A stretch of DNA of 64,000 nucleotides from positions 26,725 to 90,724 of the forward strand of contig JBDTMN010000002.1 in the NCBI GenBank assembly GCA_039934295.1. The letters are read 5' to 3'. The notes beneath the pieces were generated by a model. That model had not been told where the DNA came from and made no database searches. It saw nothing but the letters and a program-made list of their open reading frames with translations. The stretch comes from Candidatus Tayloriibacteriota bacterium. GTDB lineage: Bacteria > Patescibacteriota > Minisyncoccia > Phycocordibacterales > HO2-43-120. Each line of letters begins with the position of its first letter. The first letter of the stretch is position 1. The translations under genes were made by a program, and so were the position numbers. This document shows positions 48,997 to 57,916 of this stretch, piece after piece.

Positions 48997-49452
48997 ATGT
49001 CCCTCCAATCCCAAATAAAAAACGAAATTAAAGAAGCGATGCTTGCAAAAGATGCCGACAGGCTCGGGGTTGTTCGGGGTCTGACTGCCGCGTTTGTAAA
49101 CGAGCTAGTGGCAAAGGGCAGAAAACCGCAAGAGGAACTTTCCGACGAAGATGCCCTCGCTGTCATCCGGCGAGCGGTCAAACAAAGGAAAGATTCAATC
49201 GAACAGTTCAAAGCGGGGGGAAGAAACGACCTTGTCAAATCCGAAACAAAAGAACTCGTAATTTTAGAAACATATCTGCCCCAGATGATGAGCAAGAGCG
49301 ACATCCTCAAAATTGCAAAAGAAAAAAAATCGACAATGGGCATCACTGAAAAATCAAAAATGGGACAGTTCATGGGAGTACTGATGAAGGAGCTCAAAGG
49401 TAAAGCTGACGGTGGAGATGTGAAGGAAGTAGTAGAAAAATTATTTAGTTAA
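48997..49452 (+). CDS. GatB/YqeY domain protein
   Basis: KQRKDSIEQF and YLPQMM. Confidence 0.92.
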   Translation: MSLQSQIKNEIKEAMLAKDADRLGVVRGLTAAFVNELVAKGRKPQEELSDEDALAVIRRAVKQRKDSIEQFKAGGRNDLVKSETKELVILETYLPQMMSKSDILKIAKEKKSTMGITEKSKMGQFMGVLMKELKGKADGGDVKEVVEKLFS

Positions 49453-49459
49453 AAAAAAG

Positions 49460-49678
49460 ATGAACCCTGAGAAGCCAGATTCCGGCAAACGATTTCAATC
49501 CATGCGCGACGTTGTAGCTGGTAAAATCTCCCAAGAAGAGGTGGAAAAAGCCGAAATGGACGCTCGTATTTTAGAAGCAGGACAAAAAAAGGGAAAGAAA
49601 AAACTGAGAAAAGTCGGGGTAAATCCTCAAATTAATTTGAACCTTTCCTCTCCTGAAGAGAAAAAAGAAAGCGAATAG
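49460..49678 (+). CDS. Hypothetical protein
   Basis: 72-aa ORF 7 nt after the YqeY gene. Confidence 0.5.
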   Translation: MNPEKPDSGKRFQSMRDVVAGKISQEEVEKAEMDARILEAGQKKGKKKLRKVGVNPQINLNLSSPEEKKESE

Positions 49679-49820
49679 ATCTAACTATTTAATTTTTTCT
49701 CGTAAATTTCGCTTCATCCCCGCACCTATCGAATAGATGCGGTGATGTATTTTTTCCCTTATGTAAGGTATAATTTTCCTTGGCTGCACAAAACGTGTAG
49801 TTAAAACAAAACATACTCCT

Positions 49821-50039
49821 ATGGCAAAAACACTTAGCAGTGGTGGCGAAATCAGTTCGAAGACAGGTTTCGGCTGGAATGTTGAAAATAGTCTGGTTGC
49901 GGAGCCAGATGATGAAAAAACCTCCGCAGGAAGAAGACCCAACACTGGGTCGAAAAAAGATTTGAAACCCCCGCTCATCAAAAAGCGCCATGGTGGGACA
50001 TTCCCACGCCGTGAATCAATGATTTTGTCGCAACGATAA
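49821..50039 (+). CDS. Possible hypothetical protein
   Basis: 72-aa ORF with upstream TATAAT near 49769. Confidence 0.3.
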   Translation: MAKTLSSGGEISSKTGFGWNVENSLVAEPDDEKTSAGRRPNTGSKKDLKPPLIKKRHGGTFPRRESMILSQR

Positions 50040-50627
50040 TTCGCGTCTCAACTCACTTCGCGCCCGAGCTCGCTCGGGCTTTTTTCTACCCATGTCAAGG
50101 GGAGTCCTGTCAACGAGCGCAAATCTCCAAAGTTTTTTTGACCACACGGGACCTGCATAGTCCACTCCTATTCGAGGAGTTTTTTTAATATTTTTTTTCA
50201 CCACTTTCACTCCCCTGTCCTCGAACCACAGTCCCGATTTTCTAGCCGCGCTTTTTCCGTTCAAACTTTTGTCGATTTGCAAGAATTTTGTAATTCTTCC
50301 AGGCCCATTTTTCCCTTCAACCCCCCGAATCAAAACTGCTGACGGATAACCCTTGTCACCCGTCACGACGTTCAACATGTAGTGCATTCCGTAGGTAAAA
50401 TACACATAAAAGACCCCGCCTTTCTCGTACATGACTTCTGTCCGAGAAGTTTTTCCCCTCGAAGCATGGCAAGCCAAATCACCTTCTCCATCATACATTT
50501 CGGTTTCCGTGATTTTGTAGGCAACCTCCTTTCCTTCGATTCTACGGACAAGATATTTGCCCAAGAGTTCCGGAGCAACCTTCGCCACCAGCCTCGTGAA
50601 GAATGATTGGGGTAACACCTTTTTCAT
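50016..50627 (-). CDS. DNA-3-methyladenine glycosylase (MPG family)
   Basis: ITETEMY, YGMHY, AVLIRG, GPG and PRIGV. Confidence 0.92.
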   Translation of the reverse strand: MKKVLPQSFFTRLVAKVAPELLGKYLVRRIEGKEVAYKITETEMYDGEGDLACHASRGKTSRTEVMYEKGGVFYVYFTYGMHYMLNVVTGDKGYPSAVLIRGVEGKNGPGRITKFLQIDKSLNGKSAARKSGLWFEDRGVKVVKKNIKKTPRIGVDYAGPVWSKKLWRFALVDRTPLDMGRKKPERARARSELRRELSLRQNH

Positions 50628-50755
50628 TCTTCAATTGTACCCGTTTTTTCGGCAATACAATAAGAGTTTAAAAATTTGCTGCAAAGCTTGTTTTCTGTTA
50701 CTTTAATTCCAGTTTGAAAACCTCATACACCGAAATCACCTGACCCCTAACTAAT

Positions 50756-51667
50756 ATGACTGACTACTGCTCGTCTCTGGAGAAGATCCAGGGAGTCCTC
50801 CCCCGCTCAACCCTCACGTTCATTCACAACTGCCCGCCCCAAAATTCAATCACCTGCTCCTGCCCCTTGCTCTTTATTCCTGGAATGGGCGGAAGCGCGG
50901 AACAGTTCGAACTATCGACAAATATCGCGCTTCGGTTCGGACTGGAAACATACGCACTCAATTTGAGAGACCACGGTCCGGGAGAAACTCCGCAAGCTTC
51001 TTCGATTCACGATTATGCTAACGATATAGTCTGCATGCTCCTGCATATTGGACGCCCGACGATTATCGTCGGACACTCGATTGCGGGACTCGCCGCGCAA
51101 ATGGTGGCAGAAAAATTCAGCACGAGCATGGATGACTCAAGTGAAGCCCTCGTAAAAGGTCTCGTCCTTTTATCATCGAGTCCGCCCGCAGGCATCCCGT
51201 TCTTCATTCGTCGGATGCTCTACCTGCCATATCTTTGGGCATGGCTCATACCTCCATACAGCACTTTCCGGATGAAGGAGAAACACGTCCTCAAGTTGTT
51301 CATGAATCAAACCCCCAACGCCAACAAATACGCTCAAAATTTGAAACTCGCTTCAGGTCTGGCAGTTTGGGAACTTGCCATGGGGAAAATCAGCGTGGAC
51401 GAGAAAAAAGTTTGCTGTCCTAGCCTTGTCATCGCTCCGACAGAAGACAGGGCGGTTTCCCTGAAAATTCAAAGAGCGGTTGCGGTAAAATACCGTCCCA
51501 ATTCTGCGTACTGCGAAGTACCAGGCGACCACATGGCTTTCATGTGGTCGAACGGGCCGATAGACGAGGTCATTCGGTGGGTGCAATTGCAAAAGTGGTT
51601 CTATCCCGGCGTGGACGTGTTTCCGCGAGTAGAGCCCGCCCGGGAACCGCAGGTTACGCGTAAATAA
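50756..51667 (+). CDS. Alpha/beta hydrolase
   Basis: IPGMGG, GHSIAG nucleophile elbow, D and H of triad. Confidence 0.85.
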   Translation: MTDYCSSLEKIQGVLPRSTLTFIHNCPPQNSITCSCPLLFIPGMGGSAEQFELSTNIALRFGLETYALNLRDHGPGETPQASSIHDYANDIVCMLLHIGRPTIIVGHSIAGLAAQMVAEKFSTSMDDSSEALVKGLVLLSSSPPAGIPFFIRRMLYLPYLWAWLIPPYSTFRMKEKHVLKLFMNQTPNANKYAQNLKLASGLAVWELAMGKISVDEKKVCCPSLVIAPTEDRAVSLKIQRAVAVKYRPNSAYCEVPGDHMAFMWSNGPIDEVIRWVQLQKWFYPGVDVFPRVEPAREPQVTRK

Positions 51668-51697
51668 CCGTAATCATTCGTTCTTCTCATCACAACA

Positions 51698-51735
51698 GAG
51701 CCCCAAGGTTTCGGCCTCGGGGTTTTTCTTTTTTT
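51698..51735 (+). terminator. Intrinsic terminator
   Basis: GCCCCAAGG-TTTCGG-CCTCGGGGT plus T-tract. Confidence 0.7.
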
Positions 51736-51809
51736 GTCATTTATCCAAAAAATGCTATATTTCTTAGATTGGAAATTAGATATTAGTAATTAGAAATTTC
51801 TGCATGTTT

Positions 51810-51881
51810 GGCCCTATCGTCTATCGGCTAGGACGGAGCCTTCTCAAGGCTCAAAGCAGGGTTCGACTCCCTGTAGGGTCA
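51810..51881 (+). tRNA. tRNA-Glu(CTC)
   Basis: Acceptor GGCCCTA/TAGGGTC; anticodon arm GAGCC-TTCTCAA-GGCTC; GTTCGAC. Confidence 0.95.
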
Positions 51882-52429
51882 CAGATTTTTGCGTAGCATA
51901 AAAAGCTGTGACACTAAGCAGAGCTGGGGGCTCTGCGTCAGGGAGTCGAAGCCCGATTGAGCATTTTTTTTGAGTTTGCTTCAAACGAGGAAAAAATCCA
52001 ATCGGGGTACTGAACATGTAATGTTCGACTCCCTGTAGGGTCACAAAAATAATGAGGACAATGCGGAGCATTGGCTGAGTATAATTTTGTAGATTCTACA
52101 GGGAGTCGAAAGACGGAGCGGGCACCCGTTCACCAGAACGGGTCGCGAGTCGGGGTCGCGGCTTTTGTGAGACGGCGGTCGAACAAAAAGCTGTGACCGA
52201 CTCCCTGTAGGGTCACAAATTTTTTTAAAGCGAGCAAACTGCTTTGCTCGTGAAAAATTTGTGAAGGCACAGGCCTAGTTCGCGAGTACGCGAACAGCCG
52301 AGCCGGGGTCGGCAAGTACTTACATTTTTTGTGATTTTAAGAAACAAAAAATTTAGTAACTTGTGACCACATAAACTTTGAGTGCGTAGCACACAATTAT
52401 GACCGACTCCCTGTAGGGTCACAGATTTT
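51882..52429 (+). repeat. Three structured units each ending in a tRNA-Glu 3'-end duplication
   Basis: CGACTCCCTGTAGGGTCACA at 51864, 52026, 52198 and 52404. Confidence 0.9.
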
Positions 52430-52432
52430 CGC

Positions 52433-55400
52433 TCACAATAAGTTCTGTAACATCTCGATTATCCATCGCAAAATTTTATACAACGTGTTCCAAAACTCTT
52501 GCAAAATGCCCATGAAAGATGCGCTGAGTGCCTTCAAGACCCCTGCAGTAACATTGACGGGAGAAACCGAGTCGGTATTTGTTTTGATACTTACGCTTAC
52601 GCCCGGAGCTTCCTGGCCAGGATGATTGAAGCGGTAGCCGGCGGGAATATTGTCAGCGGTTTGAGCAGCGTTTGTTGGAGAATATGGCGGCCAGGAGAGT
52701 GAGCCGAACCATGCGGGTTTGGAGGAAAGGTAGAGAGAATTTGGCAGAGTCTGTCCTCCCGTCAAGGCTTCATTTGCAGGAATGCCTTTGCCGAAAATAT
52801 AGTTCTGTTTCCTGATGAACGTGAGTCCGACATCCATATCAAGTTCCTGGAATCCTTCTGATCTCGGCCAAAGACCTATGGCAGTTCCCTGTGCCGGAAG
52901 TGGGTCTAGGTATCCTCCGGTAAGAGAAACAGCATTGCCGGAAAAAGCAGTCGTATGCATGCCTATTCGAGCGCCATTGCTCCATTGCGTTGTAATCGCC
53001 GGACAATTTCCTCCAAAAGCCTGGCAGTATCCTAGCAGTCGCGAAGTTCCGGCGCTCAAGGTTACGACACCGCTTGAACCATCAGATGCGCGACTAGTGA
53101 GGGTACCTTTGATGCCGAGCCCGGCGACAGGGCTCCAGTCTAGCCAATATATGCCTTGGCTCGGTAGGGCAAATCCCGTGGAGGCTCCATTGCCGATGTT
53201 CGGCTGGCCGAGACTATATGCACCTACGACATTACCGATGGCACTAAAATTCCTGGAAAAACGCTTGAAGGCAAGAAAGCCCGATGTCCAGTTCCTAAAG
53301 AACATTTCTTCCGAATCGCTTCCAAAATAGCCGTCTGATTTGAATTCGCCTCCCTGCAAATAATTTCCTTCATATAGATTGTAGCTATTATGAGAACCAT
53401 GGTTGACGTTCACACTGCCGTCAGGCATATAATTGTAGGCGAAAACATTACCTACGGAACTAAAGTTTATTTCAAGAAGCGGGAATGATTTGTAAACGAT
53501 GTTATCTTCAAACAGACATCCGGTATTTCCTCCGCTCAAAAATCCAGAGCCATTTGTACCGCCATGGTTGAGCTCGTCGAGGAAGGAATGTCTGACCTCG
53601 CACCCCAAGCTATCATTAAAACTTATCGAGTAATTACTCATGTGTCTGACTTTGACATTCTTGACCCATGAAGCGTATGTGCCTCCAGCGCTTATTCCAA
53701 ATTGAGTGGTGGCATTTGACCCGTCAATGGTCAGGTCTTCAATACCGACATACCTTGAGGTTGCATAATTCGGCGCAGTGATGCTTGGCTGTCTCCCTGA
53801 AAAATCAACGATAAGAGGCGGGGAGAAGCTAAGGGCGCTACCTGACTTCCCAGTCAGAACCACAATCTGGGATTGGATATTTTCGTAGCCCGAGACTGAT
53901 ATAGTCGGTAGAGATGTTTTATTTTTTCCGCTTATTTTGACTATATTTCCAACTGTATATGGTGATGAGTCAGAAACGCTGACTTGAGTGCTTCCCTTCG
54001 AAGCGCCTGAAAGGACCGGCACGGCAGAAACATTGTAAAATTCAGATCCGCGTATATTCACACAGACGCTTGGAACATAACAATCAAGAATAGTACTCGC
54101 TCCTGCTCCGCGAAGCGTTATATTACTCTTAAAAGATGCGACGATCTGGGTCAAGATCTTATAGGTTCCCGCGGGCAAATAAACAATATCATTTGCCACC
54201 GCGGCGGTGATGGCACTATTTATGGCTGGAGCGGCATCGGTAGCTCCAGTTTTATCCGCATTGTAGGGCGCTTGGGTGACATCAATGAGATGAGTGCGAT
54301 TTGTCGGAATCCCTCCAGTAACGCCTGCGGTAACTCCAGGAATCCAGTTGGCCAAACGGTTTGAAGGTATCAAAGCAGATGATCCGCCTGGAGTGGTTGC
54401 TGCAACACCTGCCGACGGAGGCGAGACATTTCCGCCGTTATCTGTAGCCGTCACTGTGTATGTATACGTCGTACCTGGGGAGACGGTGAAGTCCTGGTAG
54501 TACTGCTGTTCCGTATCATGATACGGAGCTTGGTACGGTATGTGCGCAATAGTCCCTATCTGGGTTCCATTCCTATATATAGTATACGAAGTAATGGTTC
54601 CGGTTGTTGGCGTTGAGCGCAACCAGATAAGGCTGATTTGGTCTGGCGCCACGCCGGCAGCCGATACATAGGTCGGCGCGGGCACGCCACTTACTGAAGA
54701 TAAGTTGAATGTTGCTGTAACTGTCGTATTTGAAGCTACAGTGACTACACATGTCCCCGTTCCACTACATCCTCCTCCAGACCAACCGGTGAAGGTAGAG
54801 CCCGAAGTAGCTACAGCGGTAAGAGTTGAAACTGTGCCAGAGGTGAGGCCTGAAGCCGAACAGGTACTGCCACAACTCACAGATCCTCCTGTGGAAGTCA
54901 CCGTACCTCCTCCCGTGCCTGCCTTGGTGATCGTAAGAGTAAATGTTGTTGGCGTCGCTACTCCACTAGTAGTAACCGATAAAGCGGCTGACGGAACGGA
55001 GTTATTGGGAGCTCCCGCGTTGTCATAGGATGATATAGTGTATGAATATGTGGTGCTTGCCACAAGACCAGAGTTGGCGAAAGAGGTACCGGATGTTACC
55101 GTGCCCACTTGAGCCCCTCCTCTCCATACTTTGTATCCCGCCACGTTTCCTCCCCCAGTATCAGTCGAAGCTGTCCATGAAATAGTTGCTCCTGTTTGGG
55201 TTACGTTTGATGACGAAAGATTTGTAGGTACGGACGGAGCTTGTGTGTCTGAAGGAGAGCCGGAACCACTACCATCTGTAGCGGTAACACTTCTAAATCC
55301 GTAGTCAGTATCCGCGCCTCCATATGCCCTGAGCCAGCCTATGCCGGGTGCACCACTGGCAAAGGTGCTGTCAGTAGTCGTAAGTATGGAAACATTGTTG

Positions 55401-57745
55401 ACGTAAAGGGTGATGGTATTGCCGATCATCGTGCCTTTGATGGTACTGTTGTCAGTAAGAAATGGGGCTCCCTGTGCGGCACTCAAATTGGCCAATACCG
55501 TGAAGTTACCTAACGCACCATTCCAGCGAACGATAGAATAATATTGAGTACCAGTTGGACTGAGACCGTAGGTCAACTCATAGCCAGTATTGGAATGGGC
55601 TGAGATACTGCTACGTAGACGAATCTCGAGTTCCTCAACAGCACTTCCTGTAGGATTCACCGTATGCACAACAGCAGTGACTGTTTGATCTGGACCCCAA
55701 GTGCCGGAGAGTATAGCGGTAGAATCATCATAGCCACCTGAGGGCGGCTGTGTGCCATATACCAATCCATTTGCCATACGCATATCAGTCCAGTCTAGAC
55801 CTGTCGCCTTGCCGTTGATCCAGTTGCCGGATTCTGATAGAGGATTTTCTGCGCCACCGGAGAAAGTTGTGACATAGGTACGGGGATTGCCTGCTGAAAC
55901 CGCCTGCGTGGTTGCGCTCGCGGAAGATGATTGGGCCGATGGATTCCCTGCCGCGTCTTGCGCTAAGACTGTATATGAATATGAGGTGTTTGCGGTAAGA
56001 CCAGTACTCGAATACGAATTGGTGCTTGGTGTAGCTACTTGTGTGCCGTTTCTAAATACTTTGTATCCTGTAACCCCTACATTGTCTGTTGAAGCAGTCC
56101 AGGATAGGTTTATCTGGCTCGAAGATACCGCGGAAGCCGAAAGGTTCGTAGGGGTCGAAGGTGCGGTGGTGTCTGGGACAACAGAGATAGTCTCAGAGCA
56201 GGAGGCAGTGGTTCCTCCGTTTGATCCGGTACAACTCCAGAGACGCGCAGTCGAGGTGTCAGTAACATCTGCGAATGTGCCCGATGTGCACTGGTTGAGA
56301 GTGGTTGAACACAGACCGTTGACCGCTGTCCCCCCTCCTCCCCCCACTGCATTCAATAGCTCGGTGATTTCTTGAGCAGAGAGTGCTCGGCTGTAGATGC
56401 GGACTTCGTCAATAGAGCCGTTAAAGACCCAGTTCGGACCGAAGATGTTGTTTATAATGACAGATTTACTATTTGCATCAGTGGTCCCACTAGCGGCGGC
56501 TTCAGATTTTTTGACACCGTCCACCCAGATGCTGACTTTTGAACCGTCATACATACCGACAAGATGGTGCCAATTTGAATCAGTTATGGTTGGAGCCGCT
56601 CCGGATGAGTACTTCACCCCTCCGCTTGTGATTTGAAATTGTGGATTGAACGCATAGTTGTCAGAATACAAGCTCCATTCTATAGTTGCATAAGGACTTC
56701 CTTTTGTGACCAGATATTTCAATTGACCCACTTCATTATTACTCACTTGCTTAATCCATACTGAAACAGTCATGGCGTTTAACCCATCGAGTGCGTTAAT
56801 GTCTTTCGCATCGACATAATCATCCACCCCGTCAAACTTCAATCCCTGCCCGATCTTTCCCGTGGTAAATGTCGGTCCGTTTATGAGTGTGCCGGTATTT
56901 GATCCCACGGAGTCGTTAGCGTTACCGTCGAAGGCCCAGTAGCTTATGAGTTTGCCAACGGAGGTCGGTGGGGGCGGAGTAGGAGTGACTCCTCCACCTG
57001 TGGAGTTGTATATGTCGGTGATTTCTTGAGCAGAGAGTGCTCGGCTGTAGATGCGGACTTCGTCAATAGAGCCGTTAAAGACCCAGTTCGGACCGAAGAT
57101 GTTGTTTATAATGACAGATTTACTATTTGCATCAGTGGTCCCACTAGCGGCGGCTTCAGATTTTTTGACACCGTCCACCCAGATGCTGACTTTTGAACCG
57201 TCATACATACCGACAAGATGGTGCCAATTTGAATCAGTTATGGTTGGAGCCGCTCCGGATGAGTACTTCACCCCTCCGCTTGTGATTTGAAATTGTGGAT
57301 TGAACGCATAGTTGTCAGAATACAAGCTCCATTCTATAGTTGCATAAGGACTTCCTTTTGTGACCAGATATTTCAATTGACCCACTTCATTATTACTCAC
57401 TTGCTTAATCCATACTGAAACAGTCATGGCGTTTAACCCATCGAGTGCGTTAATGTCTTTCGCATCGACATAATCATCCACCCCGTCAAACTTCAATCCC
57501 TGCCCGATCTTTCCCGTGGTAAATGTCGGTCCGTTTATGAGTGTGCCGGTATTTGATCCCACGGAGTCGTTAGCGTTACCGTCGAAGGCCCAGTAGCTTA
57601 TGAGGTTACTTGAGGGAATAGCTTGAGCGCGCTGGGAAGAAGTGTAGACGTTATTAATTTGCTTGTTGAGTGTGGAAAAACTTAAAACTGCTACTAATAA
57701 AAGAAACGCTGTGGCAATAATGCCAAGAATGTGTTTTTTATACAT
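52433..57745 (-). CDS. Giant surface protein: 2x LamG, FN3 repeats, pectate-lyase-like beta-helix
   Basis: LamG WHHLV..FNGSIDEVRIY; FN3 DTTAPSTP..W..STDNVGV; C-terminal NAD.TG.TD..YLPAGTY beta-helix start. Confidence 0.88.
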   Translation of the reverse strand: MYKKHILGIIATAFLLLVAVLSFSTLNKQINNVYTSSQRAQAIPSSNLISYWAFDGNANDSVGSNTGTLINGPTFTTGKIGQGLKFDGVDDYVDAKDINALDGLNAMTVSVWIKQVSNNEVGQLKYLVTKGSPYATIEWSLYSDNYAFNPQFQITSGGVKYSSGAAPTITDSNWHHLVGMYDGSKVSIWVDGVKKSEAAASGTTDANSKSVIINNIFGPNWVFNGSIDEVRIYSRALSAQEITDIYNSTGGGVTPTPPPPTSVGKLISYWAFDGNANDSVGSNTGTLINGPTFTTGKIGQGLKFDGVDDYVDAKDINALDGLNAMTVSVWIKQVSNNEVGQLKYLVTKGSPYATIEWSLYSDNYAFNPQFQITSGGVKYSSGAAPTITDSNWHHLVGMYDGSKVSIWVDGVKKSEAAASGTTDANSKSVIINNIFGPNWVFNGSIDEVRIYSRALSAQEITELLNAVGGGGGTAVNGLCSTTLNQCTSGTFADVTDTSTARLWSCTGSNGGTTASCSETISVVPDTTAPSTPTNLSASAVSSSQINLSWTASTDNVGVTGYKVFRNGTQVATPSTNSYSSTGLTANTSYSYTVLAQDAAGNPSAQSSSASATTQAVSAGNPRTYVTTFSGGAENPLSESGNWINGKATGLDWTDMRMANGLVYGTQPPSGGYDDSTAILSGTWGPDQTVTAVVHTVNPTGSAVEELEIRLRSSISAHSNTGYELTYGLSPTGTQYYSIVRWNGALGNFTVLANLSAAQGAPFLTDNSTIKGTMIGNTITLYVNNVSILTTTDSTFASGAPGIGWLRAYGGADTDYGFRSVTATDGSGSGSPSDTQAPSVPTNLSSSNVTQTGATISWTASTDTGGGNVAGYKVWRGGAQVGTVTSGTSFANSGLVASTTYSYTISSYDNAGAPNNSVPSAALSVTTSGVATPTTFTLTITKAGTGGGTVTSTGGSVSCGSTCSASGLTSGTVSTLTAVATSGSTFTGWSGGGCSGTGTCVVTVASNTTVTATFNLSSVSGVPAPTYVSAAGVAPDQISLIWLRSTPTTGTITSYTIYRNGTQIGTIAHIPYQAPYHDTEQQYYQDFTVSPGTTYTYTVTATDNGGNVSPPSAGVAATTPGGSSALIPSNRLANWIPGVTAGVTGGIPTNRTHLIDVTQAPYNADKTGATDAAPAINSAITAAVANDIVYLPAGTYKILTQIVASFKSNITLRGAGASTILDCYVPSVCVNIRGSEFYNVSAVPVLSGASKGSTQVSVSDSSPYTVGNIVKISGKNKTSLPTISVSGYENIQSQIVVLTGKSGSALSFSPPLIVDFSGRQPSITAPNYATSRYVGIEDLTIDGSNATTQFGISAGGTYASWVKNVKVRHMSNYSISFNDSLGCEVRHSFLDELNHGGTNGSGFLSGGNTGCLFEDNIVYKSFPLLEINFSSVGNVFAYNYMPDGSVNVNHGSHNSYNLYEGNYLQGGEFKSDGYFGSDSEEMFFRNWTSGFLAFKRFSRNFSAIGNVVGAYSLGQPNIGNGASTGFALPSQGIYWLDWSPVAGLGIKGTLTSRASDGSSGVVTLSAGTSRLLGYCQAFGGNCPAITTQWSNGARIGMHTTAFSGNAVSLTGGYLDPLPAQGTAIGLWPRSEGFQELDMDVGLTFIRKQNYIFGKGIPANEALTGGQTLPNSLYLSSKPAWFGSLSWPPYSPTNAAQTADNIPAGYRFNHPGQEAPGVSVSIKTNTDSVSPVNVTAGVLKALSASFMGILQEFWNTLYKILRWIIEMLQNLL
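56361..57604. repeat. 590-bp direct repeat (LamG duplication)
   Basis: 56361-56950 matches 57015-57604, offset 654; identical wherever compared by eye. Confidence 0.9.
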
Positions 57746-57916
57746 GCGATAATAATACAGAAAAAATTTTTCTTAGACTACAAAGATATCCACAGATACA
57801 TTATACGCAATAGATTACGCATGTTTGTCAAAAGTAATTCGCCGGATGAAATTTCATTCTATCTAAAAAAAATTCCGGAACTTTCCTAAATTAAAGCAGA
57901 GAAAGATGCTTTTTCA

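Noticed and set aside
51864-52429. CRISPR array
   Set aside because: The repeat is the tRNA 3' end, spacers are 140-190 nt and structured, and there are no cas genes in the window.
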